NCBI RefSeq assembly: GCF_039654945.1
Contig: NW_027361723.1
Coordinates: 2,604,001-2,668,000 of the forward strand
Source of the DNA: Dendrobates tinctorius
Lineage: Eukaryota
Length of the DNA: 64,000 nt
Reading direction: 5' to 3'
Shown: in pieces, positions 24,681 through 36,454 of the stretch
Layout: every line of letters begins with the position of its first letter
Position numbering within the stretch: position 1 is the stretch's first letter
The notes under the pieces: generated by a model
Database searches by the model: none
What the model was told of the DNA's origin: nothing
What the model saw: only the letters and a program-made list of their open reading frames with translations
Made by a program: the position numbers and the translations under genes

Positions 24681-27007
24681 TAGTGTTGAGCATTCCGATA
24701 CTGCAAATATCTGGTATCGGCCGATATTCGCTATATCGGAATTCCGATACCGAGTACCGATATTTTTTCAATATCGGAATCGGAAGTTCCCATAATGCAA
24801 AGAGCCACTGCTGTGGCTCTGATTGGCTGCCGAAATGATGTCATCATGATGCGCCGTCAGTTCGAGCCTTCCGGGGGAGGGGGGGTCTTTGCAGACTGCC
24901 CGGGGTTCTGTGCGGACTGCCGGGGTCCGTACCGGCCTCCCGGTGGTCTGTGCCGACTGCCCTGGGGGCTGTGCCGGCCTGCCGGTGGTCTGGCCGACTG
25001 CCCGGGGGTCTGTGCGGACTGCCGTGGGTCTGTACCGGGCTGCCGGGGGGCTGTGCCGACTGTCCGGGGGTCTGTGCAGGATCGTCCGATGGGACTACAA
25101 GTCTCATCGGGCGATGCCTGCTACCATGACGGTGATTGACACATTAACCAATGATGGGACAGTAGTAGTCCCATCATCCGGCCTATGTGTTGAATGTAAA
25201 AAAAAAAAAAAAAACATACTACATACATGCAACATGCATACTACATATATACCACATATACCGGGTGTTAGGGTCGGCGGAACGCACCAGATATAAATAA
25301 TGGAAGGCGCGTTCGCCGCCCGGGGTCCACCGTGCGGTAGATGACAAGACCGCTGCTGGACAATGGCAGATACGCTAGAAGTGCGAAACAGCGCTCGGGT
25401 TAACGTCACCCGAGAGCGGACTCTGTTTAGTCACAGAGACGCCAAAGTATGAACTAGACGTAAAGGCTGAACCTGTTAGCTGCACAGGTCAGCCGGCGTG
25501 TGGCGTCGCAGCTGCGAACACCAAAAGCTGCTACTACTGCAGCGCGGCCGTAACTGAAGCCGCTAAGCGACGATGCCGGAGGAGCCGGGCACCGACGGAC
25601 GCTAGTGTAGGTGAGGAAGGCTCAGTGGCGTGTAGCCTGCCACAATCTGGAGCTGACTAACCCAACATACTGTCACCATTCGTAATATCCGAGGGAAGGG
25701 GTTTCATAATAAGTCAGACACCAGTCCATGCATCCATCACCATACACACACAGAATAATATGCTACACTAGCGCATGGCCGAGCCGCCATGCAGGCTTTT
25801 TATAGCCATGCGCTTCCGGGACCTTCCAGTACTATAGGAAGGACCAATCAGATCCGACATAGGACCTGCACATGTGACCCCTGCTCTCCACTGAGAAGAC
25901 AAGTTGCGGGCATGCCCAGTCGCACGGCGCGAGGACTTAGCCTCTAGAGCAGTTCCCTGCAAAGCAGGTTGCGTTATCATTGCTGCACCAGAGGTGGCAG
26001 CAACATCCAGGCTCACAGAACGAGTCTGCGGGGAATGCCTGGTTCGCCGAGATTGCTGAGCAGGAGTCCGAGCGGTCGGAGGAGAATGGGAGACCGCAGG
26101 ATGTCTGGCTCTGGATTCCTGCTGTGCAGTGCCAGGAATCCGACGCCTAACACCGGGGGTCTGTGCTGGCCTGCCGGTGGTCTGTACCGGCCTACTGGGG
26201 GGTTGTGTCGACCGTGCAGGGGTCTGTGCAGGCTGCGGGGGTCTGTGCAGGATCGCCCGATGGGACTACAAGTCCCGTCGGGCGATGCCTGCTACAATGA
26301 CGGTGATTGACACATTAGCCAATGATGGGAGAGTAGTAGTCCCATCATCCGGCCTATGTGTTGAATGTAAAAAAAAATGCATAATACATACATACTACAA
26401 ATATACCAGCCCCCCGGCAGAATGCTCTGACCCCCGGACAGTCGGCACAGACCACCGGCAGGCCGGCACAGTGGTATATATGTTGCATCCATGTGGTATG
26501 TATGTAGTATGTATTTTTTTTTTTTTTTTACATTCAACACATAAGCCGGATGATGGGACTACTACTGTCCCATCATTGGCTAATGTGTCAATCACCGTCA
26601 TGGTAGCAGGCATCGCCCGATGGGACTTGTAGTCCCATCAGACGATCCTGCACAGACCCCCGGACAGTTGGCACAGACCACTGGCAGGCCGGCACAGCCC
26701 CCCGCAGCCTGCACAGACACCCGGACAGTCGGTACAGACCACCGGCAGGCCGGCACAGACCACCGGCAGTCCGCACAGACCCCCAGGTAGTCGGCACAGA
26801 CCCCTGGAAGATCCGTACACCCCCCCCCCCCCCCCGAGAGGCTGTACAAGGAGAGAAAAGGGTTTCTCTTATTCCGATACCGGAAGTCCCATAGACTTGA
26901 ATGGGACTTCCGGTATCGGAATCGGCGATACCCGATACTTTTTTCGTATCGGGCCGATACCATCCGATCCGATATTTTAGGGTATCGGATAGTATCGCTC
27001 AACACTA
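24681..27007. mobile_element. Non-autonomous hAT element (TAGTGTTGAGC family)
   Basis: TIRs TAGTGTTGAGC / GCTCAACACTA; perfect 8-bp TSD ATCCCTAC; CCGATA subterminal repeats; internal GC-rich direct and inverted repeats. Confidence 0.93.
25266..26152 (-). mobile_element. Solo LTR nested in the hAT element
   Basis: TGTTAGG...CCTAACA termini; 5-bp TSD CCGGG; TATAAAAA on the minus strand at ~25800. Confidence 0.8.
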
Positions 27008-27837
27008 ATCCCTACTTAAAAGTGTGTGTATTTTACATGTGCGGCAGGTTGGGCTAGTAGAGTAAACCAGATTTATTTGTACTGATTTTACTCTGGGGGG
27101 CGCCATTTTGCAGTTCGCCTCAGGCAGCAGAGAGACTAGGTTGACCCCTGGGGCAAGAGTAATATAGTGTTACATAAAAAAGACAAATGTAATAACAAAA
27201 GTCAAAATCAATGTGTAGAACTTTTATTTTTAAAATTTTATGTTTGATTTTAACACAAAGCAGAAATTAGAAGGCAAAGGAGGCTTTCATCAATGTTTTC
27301 CTAAAATACAGTACATTGGATTGGGGATAAGAGGCTGAACACTGGACTAGAGGAAGGGGCTCAGGGAGCTCTAATTGTCCATGGGGGCACACAATCCCTG
27401 CTTTGCCCCAAGGTACTTGATGCCCATAATTTAGGTTACTTTATGGTTTCTACATGGAAGTCAATTAGGTTTATAATACACCTGACAGAGAACCTGGAGA
27501 ACAATCCTAACCGCATCCTGCCCGCACAGCTGAGGGTTTGCCACAGTGGTATCCTCTGTGGGGTAAACACATGACGACATATCTCTGCTCAGAATATTGT
27601 GTTACACTCTATCAGTCTGTTTCCCACAGAGGATTGTCTGGATACGATTGCAGCAATCCCTCAGCTGTGAAAAGTATAAAGCTAATCAAGACTTTTACTC
27701 TGCAGATGTGAACAAGATTCTTTTCATTCATTGAAAGAGGAAGCAGAGCTTTCAGAAATGGGAAGAAAAATGAAATCTAGGTCCATGAAGTTCCGATCTC
27801 TTTATTTCTGAGTTGTGCTGGTGTCTCACGTCTGCGG

Positions 27838-27862
27838 TTACAGGACTGAGCTCTTCAGGATT
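27838..27862 (-). pseudogene. Displaced C-terminal codons of the Ly6/uPAR gene (ILKSSVL*)
   Basis: In frame with 35796-35973 once the hAT and one TSD copy are removed; AATAAA on the minus strand at 27801-27806. Confidence 0.8.
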
Positions 27863-29103
27863 GTCAGGAGTAGAGTTGAGCGACTTTTGGTTTTTTAGGG
27901 TCGCGTTTCGTTTCGTGAAACCCGACTTTTCCAAAAGTCGGGTCGAGCAAGATCGTCCGATTATAGGGAAAAGTCGGGGTCGTCCCGAAACACGAAACCC
28001 AATGTAAGTCAATGGGGAATAAAAGTCGGCAGTGAGAGGAGGACAGGAAACACACCTACAGTGCCCATTTGAATGCCAAATGCATCAATTCTTCTTACTT
28101 AAGCTTGTCAACCTTAATTAACTTCATAATACAAGTTACGCACTGAAAAATGGGGGTTATTTGGCTAAAGTTGTGGGGGGGGAGGGCTGGCTCCAGGTTT
28201 TCATGTGCCCTGGGCGAAAGAGCTCCCCTTTAACACATAATACCACAACTCATGATGCTCCGATACGGCAGAGAAATAGCGGTATAGTACAATGAAAAAT
28301 ACCTCACTTTTTACATCTCATGACGAGGCCCATCTATTTCTCCATACAGAATCATTGGTCCCATATAATGTTTGAAACAGTATATGATGAGCTCCACATA
28401 ATGCTACAGTATATGTTGGTCCCCATGGATGAAGCTCCACTGTCTTATGGCCCCAAATAATGCTCCAAACATAATGGGCCCCATTTCTAATGCTCTAGTG
28501 TATAATGGGCCCTGTAAATGCTGCTCCAGTGTCTGATGTCCACCTTTGGAATGTTCCAGTGTATAATTCTCCAGAGTATAGTGCTCCTCAAAAATTGCTG
28601 TCCCAACATTGAAAACAATGAAATAAGTCTCCTCGCTAGGGAATCCCTGTACTTGTCTGGACTCCTCGTCGTCCCCATCTTCCATCTCACTGCACAGTAT
28701 TTCAACCTTGCAAGTGCTGTGATCCTGAGCAAGCAGGGGGGGCTCACTCGTTGGTGACGGCACTGGCACAGGGCCTCTGATAGTACGGTGGTGTGTCTGA
28801 TGGCGGGTGGGCCGAACCTGCACTTTCATCTGCAGCTTCCTCTTTGTCACGGTGTAAGATGGAACTGTATATGGGAAGGGTAACCTGAGTTTCATCAGGG
28901 TCAGATTCAGGCCGTGTAGCGTGCGAGGGGAATGTAGTGGTCTGGGTCAATGTACCAGCAGATTCATCGAGCAGTGGCTGGGCATCAGTGCACTTGTGTC
29001 GCCCCCAGGAGTACAGTCGCCACAGTGGCATTACCTTCCTCCTAGGGAGTGTGATGTCATGCTTGGGAGCAACGAACGATCTCTCTAGCAGGTTAACTGA
29101 TTG

Positions 29104-29575
29104 GGCGGCGTTATTCCCACGAGTCATGACCCTCCAAACAGCGTTCATGAAGGCAAAGTGTTTGTTTTACGTGGGCAGTATGGTTGCAAAGCTGAACCTT
29201 AAAGGAATGTCCAGAAGGGCACCACCAGGAGTGGAGCCTAGGGTTAAATTCGACTCCACCTGGGAAACCTCAAACATGCCAGCTACAGAACAGATGCACA
29301 CATTGCAAGCTTAATTCCGTTAACGAACGAGACTCCGTCATGCCCCGCGGTCCGAGTCCGGCTTACTAGAGGGACACGTGAGTCTCTGGCACATGAGATT
29401 GGCCAATAACTGGTGTGTCATGCCCTTACATGTCCGTGGCTGCATGTGCGCTACACTGAAAAGGCCAGCGTTTGTCGCTTACAGGTGCAGATAACCCGCT
29501 GAACAACGTTAGTGATGGTGATCACTGATTACAATTATTACCCGCGAACAATGATTTCCCAGTAAGTGCAGGTCA
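29104..29575 (+). pseudogene. Degenerate 18S rRNA fragment inside the hAT
   Basis: Colinear 18S blocks GGCGGCGTTATTCCC, AGTATGGTTGCAAAGCTGAA, GAAGGGCACCACCAGGAGTGGAGCCT, TAACGAACGAGACTC, GCGCTACACTGA and CCCAGTAAGTGC, with many substitutions and deletions. Confidence 0.9.
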
Positions 29576-29684
29576 ACTGAAGTTCCGGAATTAGGCCTAA
29601 CCGTCATTCCTGAAAAAATGAAAAACTTACGTGTGCAAACCACAGGTGCTGTAGCTTGCTTAACAGCTCGCCAGCTGTTCTCAC

Positions 29685-30205
29685 GCCCAGTATGGATTAC
29701 ACGTGATTGCACAAAGGTGAGAAAGGGTACCGTATCCCCAGATAACATGTATGGATAGCGTACACATTCAAAATATATGTCTCAGGAGGCAGGCTCAGAT
29801 GGTGTTAGGCCCAGTATGGATTGCACGTGATTGCACAAAGGTGAGAAAGGGTACCGTATCCCCAGATAACATGTATGGATAGCATAGTGTACACATTCAA
29901 AATATATGTCTCAGGAGGCAGGCTCAGACGGTGTTAGGCCCAGTATGGATTGCACGTGATTGCACAAAGGTTAGAAAGGGTACCGTATCCCCGGATAACA
30001 TGTATGGATAGCGTACACATTCAAAATATATGTCTCAGGAGGCAGGCTCAGACGGTGTCAGGCCCAGTATGGATTGCACGTGATTGCACAAAGGTTAGAA
30101 AGGGTACCGTTTCCCCGGATAACATGTATGGATAGCGTACACATTCAAAATATATGTCTATACATCAGGAGGCAGGCTCAAACGGTGTCAGGCACAGTAT
30201 GGATT
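29685..30205. repeat. ~124-129-bp tandem repeat (about 4 copies) inside the hAT
   Basis: Unit begins CCAGTATGGATTGCACGTG; only one unit in the second element copy (~61335-61480). Confidence 0.85.
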
Positions 30206-30624
30206 TGACGGCCCAGATTACACAGCGGAGGAGCAGGGAGAGGTAAAGATTGCAAATGCTGGGGCCCTGCCCAAGCAAGGGGGGCCCACTCGTGGGCGTC
30301 GGTACTGGCACTGGGCCCCTCATAGTACAGCGGTGTGTCTGACGGCGGGTGTGCACCACCACCGTCAGAGACACTTGATTGCACTATGAGGGACCCTGTG
30401 CCAGTGCCCGCGCCCAAGAGTCGGCCTACCCACCTGTCCAGGGCAACGGCACTCGCACGGTGTCGTGCGCTAGGTGGTGACCCCGGCCATGGGGGGGGAG
30501 GCAGCACAGTTAGGGAGTTTTAGAAAGTGGCATATGTTGATGTTGGACATTCAGCTTATGCAAAAGGCGAAATAGGTGAAGTCCCAGGAAGAGGTGGACC
30601 AAAGCAAGCCATTTTTCTGTCACC

Positions 30625-33600
30625 CTATGTGTCATCAGGGGAAGGTGGGACAAAATCCTTGGAAACCCATGCATGGTTCATTTTAATGAAGGTTAGATCA
30701 TCCACATTTTGGGTTGACAGACGGGTCCTTTTTTCTGTCAGGATTGATCCAGCTGCACTGAAGACTCTTTCCGATAGCACACTTGCAGCTGGGCAAGCGA
30801 GCTCCTGTAAGGCATATTGGGCCAATTCAGGCCAGGTGTCCAGTTTAGTGGCCCAATAGTCAAAGGGGAATGACCTGTGTGGGAGAACATCGATATGGGA
30901 GGAAAAGTAGTTTGTAACCATAGTTGACAACTGCTGTCTCCTGTCACTTTCCATCGATGCTGTATTACCAGTTGTGTGAGCGGTACTTGAAAAATCAGTC
31001 CACAACACTGTCATGAAACCCCTGTCTCCAACGCCACTTCTGCTGTGTGCACCACGAACACCTCTGCCAAGCTGCCCCCGGCCCGTACGGCTCGTGTGAG
31101 AACCATCACCGCTGCTGTGTGCTGGGAATGCCTCAAGCAACCGATTTACCAGAGTTGCTTGTTTATTAGCCAATATTAGGTCAAGGTTCTCCTGTGGCAT
31201 GATGTTTTGTAATTTGCCTTTATAGCGTGGATCCAGGATGCTGGCCAACCAGTAGTCATCATCGTTCATCATTTTGGCAATGCGGGGGTCCCTTTTTAGG
31301 ATGCGCAAGGCATAATCTGACATGTGGGCCAATGTTCCCGGTGTCAATGATGCACTGCGAGTGCTGGTTGGAGGAGCACTTTCTGGCAAATCCACATCCC
31401 TCCAGTCACGCACAAACCCTGTACCAGACCTTGCCACGCCAACATTTTCACTTGCCCCACGAGATGCATCCTCCTCCCCTAAGTAATCATCCCCATCATC
31501 ATCCTCCTCCTCCTCTTCTTCCTCCACCTCGTCCAGGAGAGGTCCCTGAGCAGACAATGGCTGAATGTCATCAAGGATTCCCTCCTCCTCTTCCTCCTCA
31601 TCAACATTGGCTGCAGACGCCTGCTCCTTAAGGTGCGTCAAAGTTTGCATGAGCAGACGCATAAGTGGGATGCTCATGCTTAGGATGGCGTCGTCTGCGC
31701 TTACCAGCCGTGTGCATTCCTCAAAACACTGAAGGACTTTACAGAGGTCTTTCAGCTTCGACCACTGCACACCTGTCAACTCCATGTCTGCTCTCAAAGT
31801 GCCTGGCCGTGTATCCTCCCACAAATGCATTATGGCCTGCCTCTGCTCGCACAGCCGCTCCACCATGTGCAGGGTGGAGTTCCACCTTGTTGCAATGTCG
31901 ATAATCAGGCGGTGGTTGGGAAGGTGGAGCAATCGCTGCAGCTTCTGCATACGAACGGAGTGTACAGGCGACCGGCGGATGTGCGCGCACAGTCTTCGCA
32001 CCTTCTGGAGCAGGGCTGTTAACTCCGGATAATTTTTGAGGAAGCACTGCACCACCAGGTTCAAGGTGTGAGCCAAGCAAGGTATGTGGCTGAGTTTTGA
32101 AAGGGCTATGGCTGCCACAAAATTACGGCCGTTATCACTAACTACCTTGCCTGCCTCAAGATGTACACTGCCCAGCCATGACTCAGTTTGTCGCTGAAAG
32201 TACTCGGCCAGCACCTCGGCGGTATGTCTGTCGCCCAAACACATCATCTGCAACACAGCCTGCTGACGCTTTCCACTAGCTGCTCGATAGGGGGACACAT
32301 CGTGTGCAACAGTGGCAGCTGCAGATGGAGTGCTCGTACGACTGCGCTCTGTGGACGAGCTTTCGCTTCTGGAGGAGGAGGAGGAGGAGGAGGGTGGAAC
32401 GCCTACAGCCAACTGTTTCCTGTACCGTGGGCTAGGCAGCACTGTCCCACCACCGCTGTCCCCTGTGGACCCTGCATCCACCACATTAACCCAGTGCGCA
32501 GTGATGGACACGTAATGGCCCTGGCCATGCCGACTGGACCATGCATCAGTTGTGAGGTGCACCTTTCCGCTCACTGACTGCTTGAGTGCATGGACTATGC
32601 GGTCTTTCACATGATGGTGGAGGGCTGGGATGGCTTTGCGAGAGAAGAAGTGGCGACTGGGTAGGTCATAGCGTGGTACTGCATAAGCCATGAGTTCGCG
32701 GAAAGCTGTGCTTTCCACCAACCGAAAGGGCATCATCTCAAACGAGATTAGTTTGGCAATGTGGGCGTTCAAACCCAGTGTACGCGGATGAGAGACTGAG
32801 TACTTTCTTGACCTATTCATCGTGTCTGGGAGGGTGAGCTGGACTTGAGAGCTGCATATGGTGGAAGTAGCGGTGGACAGGGCGGACTGAGAGAGGGTTG
32901 ATGATGGTGATGGAGTTGGTGTTCTTTCTGATGGCCTAGAATCAGTCTTTCGTTGATATAACAGTGGGATTCCCTGACTGCTGTGGCCTTGCAACGACAC
33001 CTCAACATTTGCTGCTGTGCTAACCGGTGGGCTTACAGTGGGGGAAACAATGTAGCATTGCTGACTACCTTCGTTGTGATCAGTTGCACATGTGGCACTT
33101 GAGGTTTGGTGTTGTGTCCACGCTTGCAAGTGCATGCTGGTTAAATGTCTAAGCATGCAACTGGTTTTCAAATTTTTCAGATTTTTCCCTCGGCTAAAGG
33201 TCTTTGCGCACTTCTTACAGATAACCTTGGCCTGATCACGAGGATTTTGTTCAAAAAAGTGCCACACTGCACTCTTCCTACTTTGGCAGACATTTTGCGG
33301 CCTAGCACGATGTGATCTTTTGACCCTCTGGACAAGCTGTCCAGCAACTCTTTTGATGTTTGGAACCTGTCTTTGGAGTGCTCCGGGCCTGCCAGATAAC
33401 AGCTGTTGCGATGTCGATGTCTGCAGTGGATGCTCCTCATCTGAGCTATTGGATGCAGCACCCTCTTCCCCCAATGGATGCCAATCTGGGTCAACAACTG
33501 GGTCATCCATCACCTCCTCTTCTATGTCATGTGCACCTTCCTCTGTGTCACCGTGTATGGTGGTATAGTGTGCGGGAAGGGGCACCTGAGTCTCATCAGG

Positions 33601-34167
33601 GTCAGAATCTGGCTCTGTACACTGCGAGGACAATGTAGTGCTCTGAGTGAATGTACCAGCAGAATCATCCATCAGCGGCTGTGCATCAGTGCACTCCATG
33701 TCAGATTCATCTTGGCCTGGGTAATTCACCATTTGACTTGATAATCCAGGCATGGTATGTGAAAACAGCTCCATGGAGTAATCAGTAGTATGGCCTGCGT
33801 CATCCTTCAATCTTGGTTGGGGTGAAGGACACAAGGAAAGGTGTGGTTCATGAACATGAGCCTCCAATGACGACTCAGTGCTTTTACTTTTTACAACTGA
33901 ATAAGAGGAGGCGATAGAGCTGGAGGCTGAGTCAGCAATGTAAGACAAAACTTTTTCCTGATGCTCTGGCTTTAAAAGCGGTTTGCCAACTCCTAGAAAA
34001 CTAAGCGTTCGAGGCCTTATGTAGCCAGACGATGATGCAGGCTCAACACCTCCTGCATTCGGTCCTATTTTGCTCTTGCCACTACCATCAGATCCACCAC
34101 CAACACCATCATTACCAGCTGCCAACCCCAGCCCAATTCCACGGCCTCTTCCACCAGCCTTCCTCAT
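30625..34167 (-). CDS. hAT transposase (ZBED-like), ~1180 aa, uninterrupted
   Basis: BED finger (VWHFF...CKKC...HLTSMH), LTTDAW, SDNG, CLAHTLNL, TRWNST and hATC domain (CPAASVLSERVFS); start taken at MRKAGG. Confidence 0.95.
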   Translation of the reverse strand: MRKAGGRGRGIGLGLAAGNDGVGGGSDGSGKSKIGPNAGGVEPASSSGYIRPRTLSFLGVGKPLLKPEHQEKVLSYIADSASSSIASSYSVVKSKSTESSLEAHVHEPHLSLCPSPQPRLKDDAGHTTDYSMELFSHTMPGLSSQMVNYPGQDESDMECTDAQPLMDDSAGTFTQSTTLSSQCTEPDSDPDETQVPLPAHYTTIHGDTEEGAHDIEEEVMDDPVVDPDWHPLGEEGAASNSSDEEHPLQTSTSQQLLSGRPGALQRQVPNIKRVAGQLVQRVKRSHRARPQNVCQSRKSAVWHFFEQNPRDQAKVICKKCAKTFSRGKNLKNLKTSCMLRHLTSMHLQAWTQHQTSSATCATDHNEGSQQCYIVSPTVSPPVSTAANVEVSLQGHSSQGIPLLYQRKTDSRPSERTPTPSPSSTLSQSALSTATSTICSSQVQLTLPDTMNRSRKYSVSHPRTLGLNAHIAKLISFEMMPFRLVESTAFRELMAYAVPRYDLPSRHFFSRKAIPALHHHVKDRIVHALKQSVSGKVHLTTDAWSSRHGQGHYVSITAHWVNVVDAGSTGDSGGGTVLPSPRYRKQLAVGVPPSSSSSSSRSESSSTERSRTSTPSAAATVAHDVSPYRAASGKRQQAVLQMMCLGDRHTAEVLAEYFQRQTESWLGSVHLEAGKVVSDNGRNFVAAIALSKLSHIPCLAHTLNLVVQCFLKNYPELTALLQKVRRLCAHIRRSPVHSVRMQKLQRLLHLPNHRLIIDIATRWNSTLHMVERLCEQRQAIMHLWEDTRPGTLRADMELTGVQWSKLKDLCKVLQCFEECTRLVSADDAILSMSIPLMRLLMQTLTHLKEQASAANVDEEEEEEGILDDIQPLSAQGPLLDEVEEEEEEEDDDGDDYLGEEDASRGASENVGVARSGTGFVRDWRDVDLPESAPPTSTRSASLTPGTLAHMSDYALRILKRDPRIAKMMNDDDYWLASILDPRYKGKLQNIMPQENLDLILANKQATLVNRLLEAFPAHSSGDGSHTSRTGRGQLGRGVRGAHSRSGVGDRGFMTVLWTDFSSTAHTTGNTASMESDRRQQLSTMVTNYFSSHIDVLPHRSFPFDYWATKLDTWPELAQYALQELACPAASVLSERVFSAAGSILTEKRTRLSTQNVDDLTFIKMNHAWVSKDFVPPSPDDT

Positions 34168-34239
34168 TTTTGGTAGAAATGTAGACAAAATCCAACAAAC
34201 TATATAGTATGTAAAACAAGGTACAAGGTGTCTATAGGA

Positions 34240-35420
34240 CAGGGGAGATTTTGAATTTCTGCAGACACTTGTGGACACTGGACACTTTTGGATTGTGTGA
34301 GGCCCACTGATATCTGAGCGCTATGTGACAGGCTCGATGGCACAGCTGTGACCTAAGTGACTAGAGGATAAGGGAGATTTTGAATCTCTGCACACACTTT
34401 TGGACACTGGACACTTTTGGATTGTGTGAGGCCCAATGAATATCTGAGCGCTATGTGACAGGCTCGATGGCACAGCTGTGACAAAAGTGACTAGAGGATA
34501 AGGGAGATTTTGAATCTCTGCACACACTTTTGGACACTGGACACTTTTGGATTGTGTGAAGCCCAATGAATATCTGAGCGCTATGTGACAGGCTCGATGG
34601 CACAACTGTGACCTAAGTGACTAGAGGATAAGGGAGATTTTGAATCTCTGCACACACTTTTGGACACTGGACACTTTTGGATTGTGTGAGGCCCACTGAT
34701 ATCTGAGCGCTATGTGACAGGCTCGATGGCACAGCTGTGACAAAAGTGACTAGAGGATAAGGGAGATTTTGAATCTCTGCACACACTTTTGGACACTGGA
34801 TACTTTTGGATTGTGTGAGGCCCAATGAATATCTGAGCGCTATTTGACAGGCTCGATGGCACAGCTGTGACCAAAGTGACTAGAGGATAAGGGAGATTGG
34901 ATTGCTTTTAAAAAATCAGTTTGCGGAGCAGTGGGTAAACAGCAATGCCAGCCTGTCAGGAAGCCTTAAAAGGCAGCCCAACAACCAACACCACTGATAC
35001 ACCACAATATAGCCTCCCCTTGCACTGCACACACAGTGACTGGTGTGTTGTGCAAGCCAAATTTCTATCAGCAGCAGAAGCAGTTTTTTTTTCTTCTCAG
35101 CAGGACAAAAAAAAAAAATTGGGATTGCTTTTAAAAAAGCAGTTTGAGGCCCAATGAATATCTGAGCGCTATGTGACAGGCTCGATGGCACAGCTGTGAC
35201 CAAAGTGACTAGAGGATAAGGGAGATTGGATTGCTTTTAAAAAAGCAGTTTGCGGAGCAGTGGGTAAACAGCAATGCCAGCCTGTCAGGAAGCCTTAGAA
35301 GGCAGCCCAACAACCAACACCACTGATACACCACTTTATACCCTCCCCTTGCACTGCACACACAGTGACTGGTGTGTTGTGCAGGCCAAATCGCTAGCAG
35401 CAGAAGCAGTTTTTTTGTCT
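34240..35420. repeat. 129-130-bp tandem repeat (about 5 copies) then a ~330-bp direct repeat in the hAT 5' region
   Basis: CTATGTGACAGGCTCGATGG at 34321, 34451, 34581 and 34710; GGGAGATTGGATTGC at 34891 and 35220. Confidence 0.85.
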
Positions 35421-35795
35421 TCTTCCCTGCCTAACGCTTCCCTACAGAATCAGCAGCAACCTCTCCCTATACTGAGATCGGCAGAAGTAAGATGGCGGTC
35501 GCCGTGCACGCCCTTTTATACCCCCTGTGACGCCCACCAAAGCAAGCCAATCACTTGCATGCCCTTCTGAAAGATGGTGGTGACCCCTGCCTATGTCATC
35601 ACGTCGCCCACAGTGTCCGTGGATCCTGATTGGCTGAAAAAGAGCGCAAAACAAACTTTTGAAACGCGACTTTGGCGCGTAAGTCGCCGACCTCGTGGCC
35701 GACCTCATCCTAGGGTCGGGTTTCGTTTCATGAAACCCGACTTTGCTAAAAGTCGGCGACTTTTGAAATTTTTCGACCCGTTTCGCTCAACTCTA

Positions 35796-35973
35796 GTCAG
35801 TAGGGATCCCAGCGCCAGGATGATGGCGGCAGAGCTGGCCTTGACGCTGGCGCCGCCGTTACACAGGTCGGTGGTGCAGCAGGAGGTGGAAGCAGAAGCC
35901 CCGGAAATACCGCTGCTGCTCGGAGTGCAAGACAATGCACACGACTTAGTGATGGAAGTAACCGAGATCGCAC
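35796..35973 (-). CDS. Ly6/uPAR (three-finger) gene, last coding exon, interrupted by the hAT
   Basis: Acceptor TTTTCCCCGCTGTAG; encodes ...KSCALSC...CCTTDLCN plus a hydrophobic GPI-signal-like tail. Confidence 0.88.
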
Positions 35974-36454
35974 CTACAGCGGGGAAAAGCAAATCTGATG
36001 AGCTGACCGGGATGGGAAGGGTTAAACGCTGCTCGCAACAAGAATGTGGTTTATCCTCAGTACAAGTCACCGGCAGAAGGCTGCGTGCGGTACCTGGCAC
36101 CGGTGTACACAGAGGACTAGGGGGCAACCTCTTCCTCTAGGGGAAAGAAGCTTTCATCATCACAGATGAGATTCTTTATGGCACCAGCAATGTGACTATG
36201 GATTCCTTACTGTACAAGCAAAGACACGATGGATTCTTCACTGTATGAACAGGAACTCTGCTGATTATTTACTGTACAAGCAGTGAGCCTCTGGATTCTT
36301 TACTGTAAGAGCAGGGTGACTGTAGACGTTTCTGCTGTAACATGTTATAACCAGGTGATATAAAATGGTTACACATGTACAGTCAGTGTAGACCGGTGCT
36401 GGCTGGAGCTGAATGTACAGGACTACGACCAGAAAACCAAAATGCTGAGCTCAC

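Larger units (their letters stand above)
27871..35795 (-). mobile_element. Full-length hAT transposon (TAGAGTTGAGCG family), 7.9 kb
   Basis: TIRs TAGAGTTGAGCG / CGCTCAACTCTA; TSD GTCAGGAG / GTCAGTAG (7 of 8 match); intact transposase. Confidence 0.95.

Noticed and set aside
29104-29575. Functional 18S rRNA gene or rDNA unit
   Set aside because: Partial, heavily mutated, with deletions in conserved segments, no ITS/5.8S/28S, and embedded in a transposon.
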